From IMG/VR virus record IMGVR_UViG_3300011991_000001: a DNA stretch of 64,000 bases; one strand, written 5' to 3'. This document shows, piece by piece, positions 58,403-64,000 of the stretch. The position numbers and the translations under genes were made by a program. The notes beneath the pieces were generated by a model. That model was not told where the DNA came from. It was given only the letters and a program-made list of their open reading frames with translations, and ran no database searches. Position 1 is the first letter of the stretch; every line of letters starts with the position of its first letter. The stretch comes from an uncultured virus (IMG/VR IMGVR_UViG_3300011991_000001) (taxonomy: Duplodnaviria; Heunggongvirae; Uroviricota; Caudoviricetes).

Positions 58403-58430
58403 ATTTTTAACTTCCTTTCAAATAATTGGT

Positions 58431-58712
58431 TTATTGTATTTCTAATACTAATAACTTTTCTTCAAGCAATACTTTTCTGTCTTCTTTCCCTACAATATAA
58501 TTAACGCAATTAATAATTTTTAAAAGTTCTTCTCCGTTACCATATCCAAGTCTAACAATACCACTTGAATTACTATTATTATATTTAATCTTTCTATCAA
58601 GAAATGTTACATCATTACCAGCAATATTTATCCACCCTATGATATCCTCTCCAATTTTATCTCCTAATGAATACTTTCTGATTCCTAATAATTCAATGCT
58701 TTCTACTTCCAT
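58431..58712 (-). CDS. hypothetical protein
   Basis: 93 aa ORF. Confidence 0.5.
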   Translation of the reverse strand: MEVESIELLGIRKYSLGDKIGEDIIGWINIAGNDVTFLDRKIKYNNSNSSGIVRLGYGNGEELLKIINCVNYIVGKEDRKVLLEEKLLVLEIQ

Positions 58713-58836
58713 TTACATTAAAACCTCTTTTCTTATAATATTCTCCTTTGAAATGAAACTTTCATGGCAATTACCATTGAGCAAAACAGAGCATTTAGAA
58801 GCAAACGTTAGTATGTAAAAGTTGCGACAATTCAAT

Positions 58837-59013
58837 CTACTTAACTTCATAATTAAAGAAGTCATACAAATCAATAATATCTCCAGTTTCTACATCCTCT
58901 ATTTTATCTTCAAACTTATAAGAACCTAAAGCAATTTTAATAATCAATACTTCTTTTTCAGTTAGTCTAATATCGTATTCTGTCGTGGTTACTGTTTTAT
59001 CAATTAATTCCAT
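58837..59013 (-). CDS. hypothetical protein (58 aa, below ORF track cutoff)
   Basis: MELIDKTVTTTEYDIRLTEKEVLIIKIALG...; GGGGAG SD. Confidence 0.55.
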   Translation of the reverse strand: MELIDKTVTTTEYDIRLTEKEVLIIKIALGSYKFEDKIEDVETGDIIDLYDFFNYEVK

Positions 59014-59015
59014 AT

Positions 59016-59654
59016 TTAATATCTCCCCTTATCTTGATTTTCTCGTGCTCTTTCATATGCAACTGTAAATCCAAATTCCTTGCTATATGTATCTAGTGGA
59101 TCACATCTTGATACGCCTTTATAATGTTTGCCTACTGTTTTAATGAGTACGATTGTCTCACTACGATGATAAATTACTTCAATGATTTCTCTGGTTGTAG
59201 TTGTTGGAATACTTAAATGTTTAGTAAGTGTTTCTGATTCTTCTTTAGTTAAATCAACTGACATACTCCTAATATCTAATGCACTTGTTAGACGATTAAT
59301 TTCTAATACCACTTCATCAGTCTTGTCATTCACTAATTTTATACTTGTAACATCACTAATTATGTATTGTTTTGGTTTGGGATTAAATCCATCAAATTCT
59401 ACCATGTTGTGATTGTATTCTTGACTATAACCCAAAGATCCATATTGCATTTCATTACCAAAACAATAATAGCATGTGCCTTCTCTATAAATAGTCCAAT
59501 TATTCTTAGTTAATTCAATACCAGTAATCCAAGTCATTCCTTCTCCATGACAATACGTTAAAAGTTCTCTCGCCAATTCTTCTGTTTTACAGTTTATAAC
59601 TAACTCATCCCTTTTAAATTTAGTCCAATGTTTTTCTAAATTAAACTTTTCCAT
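59016..59654 (-). CDS. hypothetical phage protein
   Basis: INCKTEE.A...L...G.TW..G N-terminus; C-terminal GVSRC.P.D.Y....G...A..RA motif. Confidence 0.7.
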   Translation of the reverse strand: MEKFNLEKHWTKFKRDELVINCKTEELARELLTYCHGEGMTWITGIELTKNNWTIYREGTCYYCFGNEMQYGSLGYSQEYNHNMVEFDGFNPKPKQYIISDVTSIKLVNDKTDEVVLEINRLTSALDIRSMSVDLTKEESETLTKHLSIPTTTTREIIEVIYHRSETIVLIKTVGKHYKGVSRCDPLDTYSKEFGFTVAYERARENQDKGRY

Positions 59655-59713
59655 ATTATATCCTTCTTTCTTTCATTTTTTATACGTTAAAACTAATTTT
59701 TCCAAAGGGTAGT

Positions 59714-60082
59714 TTATTTAAATACTTTCTTCATTTCGCCTCTAACAATCTCAGCAACTAAATCCTTCAATCCACTTTTGATCACACTATCTGCAACCAC
59801 TTCTCCATTGGATTGTAATTCTTTGTATTGTTTAGTCCTTTCAAATTTCTTAACCAAATTATCTGTAACTTTTGTGGCAACTGTATTTTTGAAATCTGTA
59901 TCCATAATTATCTCTAGTTTTGATATGACTCTTTGTTCTAGTTTTTCATAGAGATCAGTTTTACTCCAAGTGTCCCCTAAAACTTGACCAATAAAAAGAA
60001 CAGCTACTTTATTAAGTATTTCGTTTTCTAAATCATAAATATCATCGCTTTCATTTGTGTCTACTGTGAAATTTAATTTCAT
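59714..60082 (-). CDS. hypothetical protein
   Basis: 122 aa ORF with GGAGG SD. Confidence 0.6.
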   Translation of the reverse strand: MKLNFTVDTNESDDIYDLENEILNKVAVLFIGQVLGDTWSKTDLYEKLEQRVISKLEIIMDTDFKNTVATKVTDNLVKKFERTKQYKELQSNGEVVADSVIKSGLKDLVAEIVRGEMKKVFK

Positions 60083-60138
60083 TATGTATTTCCTCCTTCC
60101 CTTCGAAAATAATCTTTCCTCGTCTTATGTATAATAAC

Positions 60139-60167
60139 ATTATATATCATTAGTAATATAGAGTCAA
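60139..60167 (-). promoter_or_regulatory. sigmaA promoter
   Basis: TTGACT-N17-TATAAT. Confidence 0.75.
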
Positions 60168-60170
60168 GGA

Positions 60171-60368
60171 TTATTTATGGTCTTCTTTAGTTTTATTTGG
60201 TTTTGAATAAGTGCTCATTAATAAAAATGTAGCTATACATAAATGTGTTACACCTGAACCAAATGCCGATGGCGTAAAATATCCTAACAATATTACAATA
60301 GAATCTATAACATAAATGATGCCCGTTAGTTTCATACTAATATTAATTATCTTTTCAAACCTACTCAT
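60171..60368 (-). CDS. small two-TM membrane protein
   Basis: 65 aa with two hydrophobic helices. Confidence 0.6.
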   Translation of the reverse strand: MSRFEKIINISMKLTGIIYVIDSIVILLGYFTPSAFGSGVTHLCIATFLLMSTYSKPNKTKEDHK

Positions 60369-60624
60369 GTATTTCTCCTTTCATATTAGCTTCAAAATTA
60401 TGATTTATGGGGCTAATATTACTTCCCTATTAATATCTTTAGAAATTCCATTATACTTGGAACGTGGTATCTCTCATCATTATCTTTTTTTAATTGATTT
60501 GCCACATCAATTACATCTTCAGGAGAGGCTTCTTTAACAATTGAGTGATAACCTATCATGTTTAAATAGTTACTTGCTTCTTTATAATCCATAATCTCTC
60601 CTTCCCTTTAAAACATGAGTTTTC

Positions 60625-60852
60625 TTAGGATATAATCCATATTTTATTTTGTGTCTCTACTCTCATAGCTGTTTTATTAAGATATTCAATACCAATAACC
60701 ATCTCATGACCAAAACATGAACCAACTTCATATCTTATTGATAGTGGTTTTCCTATCTCAATTACAGATTTATTCATATTCAATGGTTTATGTAAATATT
60801 GAGGGCAACAGTTAATATCAGCTTTCTTATTTTTGATTGAAATGAATTCCAT
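60625..60852 (-). CDS. hypothetical protein
   Basis: 75 aa ORF with AAGGAG SD. Confidence 0.55.
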   Translation of the reverse strand: MEFISIKNKKADINCCPQYLHKPLNMNKSVIEIGKPLSIRYEVGSCFGHEMVIGIEYLNKTAMRVETQNKIWIIS

Positions 60853-60879
60853 AATAATTACTCCTTTAAAATTCTCTGT

Positions 60880-61773
60880 TTATTGTACTTTAGACATATA
60901 TTTCTCTACATCATCATCTAGATCACTTCTTTTTCTTTTAGTCACAATTATTTCTACTAAGTTGCGTTTCTCATCAACACTCCATAAATTCCAATAAAAC
61001 TTACCATCAATGTCATTTCGTTTCTTTGCAATTCTATATGGAGGTCTGTCTTGTATATAACTTTTATAACCTTCAGTAGTCCACCAAATTATTTTATTAT
61101 ATCTATCTTCTGTGAAAAACTCTTGTATCTTATACCAATCATCTAAACTACCCATATGCTTGTGACTGTTACAACTTCGACATGACGGAACACAATTTCT
61201 CAAATCATTATAACCATTATCATCGACATGTTCTTTATGAAAATTCATAAACACTGACTTACCTTTTCTGATTATAATATGGTCTTCCATTGGTAATCCA
61301 CAATAAGCACACTTGTAATCAAACGCCTTTAGACATGCTTTCCACTCTGCTTCAGAGATTTCATGATTTCTATGATTTAACCCATATGTAAGTTGTTTAC
61401 CTTTATTTTCTTCTCTTTTATACCATCCTTTAAGATAGTTACTGAGATAGTCTTTATACCTTACCCTACTTCTAGCTATCTTTTTATGTTTCTCATTGTC
61501 CTCTTCTCTATTAGTTTTACGGTATTCATAACTATACTTTATATAGTCTTCTTTATTCTCTTCTCTATGTTCATTAGCATTTATTCGTGTACAGCTTCTA
61601 CATCGAGGGGTGAATCCCATTTCAGGTTTAGACTTATTTTGCATATAAAAGTTATCCGTATTTTCTTCTAGCCAATTTGAACATTGAGTGCATCGTCTTT
61701 CTACGATTTTATTGTCGTTTATTCTATGGTTTATTCTACTTTGTTCACGGGAACCTATGCTTTTAGTAGTCAA
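60880..61773 (-). CDS. HNH endonuclease
   Basis: N-terminal CTQC..CRSC, CAYCG...EHV...N...NCVPSCRSCN..K; likely TTG start after AAGGAG. Confidence 0.85.
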   Translation of the reverse strand: MTTKSIGSREQSRINHRINDNKIVERRCTQCSNWLEENTDNFYMQNKSKPEMGFTPRCRSCTRINANEHREENKEDYIKYSYEYRKTNREEDNEKHKKIARSRVRYKDYLSNYLKGWYKREENKGKQLTYGLNHRNHEISEAEWKACLKAFDYKCAYCGLPMEDHIIIRKGKSVFMNFHKEHVDDNGYNDLRNCVPSCRSCNSHKHMGSLDDWYKIQEFFTEDRYNKIIWWTTEGYKSYIQDRPPYRIAKKRNDIDGKFYWNLWSVDEKRNLVEIIVTKRKRSDLDDDVEKYMSKVQ

Positions 61774-61805
61774 TTTTACTCCTTTCTCCATATGAAATCA
61801 GTTTT

Positions 61806-62039
61806 TTATTTGGTTAAAAAATCTTCTAATTCCTTACTACAAAAAGGACAATATTCAATTTTGGCAACATGTCTTAAACCTGTCCAATCATATTCTGAGT
61901 CAAAATCAATAACAAACATATGCCAACCAGAATTTCTAAGTAAATATCTATCTGGTTTTGAGAAATGTCTTATTGAACATCTATTATCAAGCAACCCTTG
62001 ACAACGATGAGCATCGTCATATGTATCATATAAATTCAT
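61806..62039 (-). CDS. hypothetical protein with CPFC motif
   Basis: I.YCPFC...L. Confidence 0.6.
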   Translation of the reverse strand: MNLYDTYDDAHRCQGLLDNRCSIRHFSKPDRYLLRNSGWHMFVIDFDSEYDWTGLRHVAKIEYCPFCSKELEDFLTK

Positions 62040-62071
62040 TATTATTATTCATCTCCCTTGAAAGGTTAATT

Positions 62072-62302
62072 TTAACGATTATCACAACCACCTTTGCACA
62101 ATGAACAGTATTTTTTCATCGCCCTGAAACTGCATTTACTTGTGGGGTGATTACAAGGAGTTCTTTTTATCATAGCATTTAACAGTAAATGAATTTTATT
62201 ATATGCTCCATAAAATATATTACTTGGACTATAGCATTTTTTAGCATTGCAACCGATATTTTTATCTTTATATTTACACTTATCACAATTAATATAATTC
62301 AC
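62072..62302 (-). CDS. Cys-rich hypothetical protein
   Basis: Multiple CxxC motifs; AGGAG SD before GTG62302. Confidence 0.5.
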   Translation of the reverse strand: MNYINCDKCKYKDKNIGCNAKKCYSPSNIFYGAYNKIHLLLNAMIKRTPCNHPTSKCSFRAMKKYCSLCKGGCDNR

Positions 62303-62344
62303 AAATTCACTCCTTCCTCTTTCTAATACCATCAAAGATCAGTT

Positions 62345-62749
62345 CTATAGGGATTCTATTTTTCTTTTTTCATTTTCTTCTTCTACAATCTTAAAGAATT
62401 CACTACCTTTAATTTCTTCAAATCCTTCTGGATTACTAAAATCATGTTCACCTTCAAATGAACAATAAACCGTATCACCAATATTAAATAACCTGTTTCT
62501 TGTTTTTCCATAACCCCTATCAAAATAGAATTGAATAAATGGTTTATGAGTAGGAGCAATTTGTTTTTCTTCTAATAAATCAACCCATGCTTTATTTATT
62601 TTTGAAGTTTTCTTAAATGCCATTAATCCGTTATCTACAGGTTTACATAGTATTTTGCCAAACTTTTCTAAGTCTTTTTCAGTTGGGACTATGTAAAAAG
62701 CTGAGTTTGAACAATAATATGAATGCGTATCTATTTCATATTTATCCAT
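62345..62749 (-). CDS. hypothetical protein
   Basis: 134 aa ORF ending EEIKGSEFFKIVE. Confidence 0.55.
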   Translation of the reverse strand: MDKYEIDTHSYYCSNSAFYIVPTEKDLEKFGKILCKPVDNGLMAFKKTSKINKAWVDLLEEKQIAPTHKPFIQFYFDRGYGKTRNRLFNIGDTVYCSFEGEHDFSNPEGFEEIKGSEFFKIVEEENEKRKIESL

Positions 62750-63489
62750 AAAATCCTTAGAAATTATGTTTATTTTTCCTCATTGTTCTTATGAGTAAAA
62801 TAGTCTTTATGAAGCTTTGATTGTTCCGTTACAATAAAATACTTTTCCATTTAATATGTCCTTCTTCCTAAATTTATTTATATTAGCATAAAATCTAGTT
62901 TTCGATGTATTACTTATCTATTAAATTAATAGCACTTCCTTGTGGTTTGTCTGAACAAACTCTCAATTTCCCAGGAATTAAACCTTGAAGCATTTCGAAC
63001 ACATCTACTTGCTCTTTAGTCATTGCTACTGGATATAAGGTATCATCTTTTATGTAAAATAAAGCTAAACCATCTTTCACTTTCTTCATCCTTTCTTAAT
63101 AGCATCAAAGCCAGATTTTATATTATCTATTTACATTTTATATAAACAGGGCACTTAATTATGTTATCATTCCCAAAACCATCTCCAAACTCAATTCCAT
63201 AGTGATTTTCTCCACAACCATCACAAGTAGGTATCTCAAAGACGCAAGTATCACATAAATTAATTTTTGTATCAATCATAGTATCATCTCCCTTCAACTA
63301 TTCAATTTATCTTCTTTCCAATGGCAATGTACTTTAATCTAATTTTAATTCTATGAAGAACATTTTTAAGTGATAATTCATCCTTATGGCAATTCATTTT
63401 CTCCTTAAATTCATCTGGCACTTGAGTAGTCATTATTTCTTTTTGGAAATCCATCAAATAACTCTCCTTTCCAACATAAAATGTATCTT

Positions 63490-63663
63490 TTAAAGTAACT
63501 CCATCCTAAACTTAATACCTTCTCCAACATACTTATTATATTGATCCATCAACTCATATCCATCTAGTGCGTCAATAATTACATCAGTCATCGTATCATT
63601 GTTTACCTCTACAGCCATTCCTAATAATGCATATAATAATAATTGTTCATGTATTTTATCCAT
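63490..63663 (-). CDS. hypothetical protein (57 aa)
   Basis: MDKIHEQLLLYALLG...; AAAGGA SD, stop overlaps junction palindrome. Confidence 0.45.
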   Translation of the reverse strand: MDKIHEQLLLYALLGMAVEVNNDTMTDVIIDALDGYELMDQYNKYVGEGIKFRMELL

Positions 63664-63694
63664 TTTTAATTCCTTTCCAAATAAAATGTTCTTT

Positions 63695-63937
63695 TTATCG
63701 TACTAGCATATTCATGAATACTTCTTGATTATTATTTTCATATATTGAAGATACAATTAGTTTGCTTTCTTTATGTAATCCCAATCTCTTTTTGTTAAAC
63801 TCCGGCAAAGGATATTCATCACCAATTTTCCATAGTTCTTTCATTTCTTCTAGACAAGAATTTACAAATTGGAAACACACACATGTATTATCAGAATTCT
63901 CTTTTGCTAAATCTATACCTATTACATAATTATTCAT
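63695..63937 (-). CDS. hypothetical protein
   Basis: GGAGG SD before ATG63937. Confidence 0.55.
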   Translation of the reverse strand: MNNYVIGIDLAKENSDNTCVCFQFVNSCLEEMKELWKIGDEYPLPEFNKKRLGLHKESKLIVSSIYENNNQEVFMNMLVR

Positions 63938-64000
63938 ATCGTTCCCTCCTCCCACGAAACCATAATTTCATAGTATGTATTATTTATATTGAATAACCCA

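Larger units (their letters stand above)
41260..63970. repeat. dispersed 16-bp palindrome TRAAA-N6-TTTYA at gene junctions
   Basis: Copies start at 41260, 41619, 41999, 42230, 42664, 47254, 57769, 58018, 58418, 58749, 59688, 60104, 60392, 60609, 60867, 61793, 62059, 62332, 62889, 63105, 63477, 63682, 63955 (also 24237, 28485). Confidence 0.75.

Noticed and set aside
58837..59013. Suspected frameshifted pseudogene
   Set aside because: On re-reading, the frame is open for 58 codons.
62757..62811. Additional junction palindromes near 62757 and 62796
   Set aside because: Arms or spacing deviate too far from TRAAA-N6-TTTYA to distinguish from AT-rich background.
1..64000. tRNA or rRNA genes
   Set aside because: No cloverleaf/T-loop signature or rRNA-like GC-rich segment noticed by eye; tRNAscan was not run.

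Overview
AT-rich segment of a large temperate, SPbeta-like siphophage of a spore-forming Firmicute (Clostridia-like) that also carries a complete plasmid maintenance module, i.e. a probable phage-plasmid. Plus strand 1-27 kb: tyrosine recombinase, morons (Doc-type TA pair, HTH, Zn-ribbon endonuclease), tape measure with SLT domain, tail/baseplate genes, two SGNH-hydrolase tail modules, amidase endolysin and holins. 27-37 kb: DndB/DGQHR-like protein, a VirB4/HerA-like ATPase + M23 peptidase + small membrane protein operon, back-to-back ParM-type and ParA-type partition loci, a ~480 bp 8-bp-periodic centromere-like array (with an N gap), DnaA-box-like sites, a putative antisense RNA and an HTH Rep. 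Minus strand 37-64 kb: nucleotide metabolism (ThyX-like, kinase, dUTPase, intein-containing class II RNR), replisome (DnaE, primase, helicase, AAA ATPase, SSB-like) and many small accessory genes. The most striking unexplained structure is a 16-bp palindrome (TRAAA-N6-TTTYA) at about 25 gene junctions of the accessory arrays, which suggests an integron-like gene-cassette system. All family calls come from motif recognition by eye; no database searches were run.
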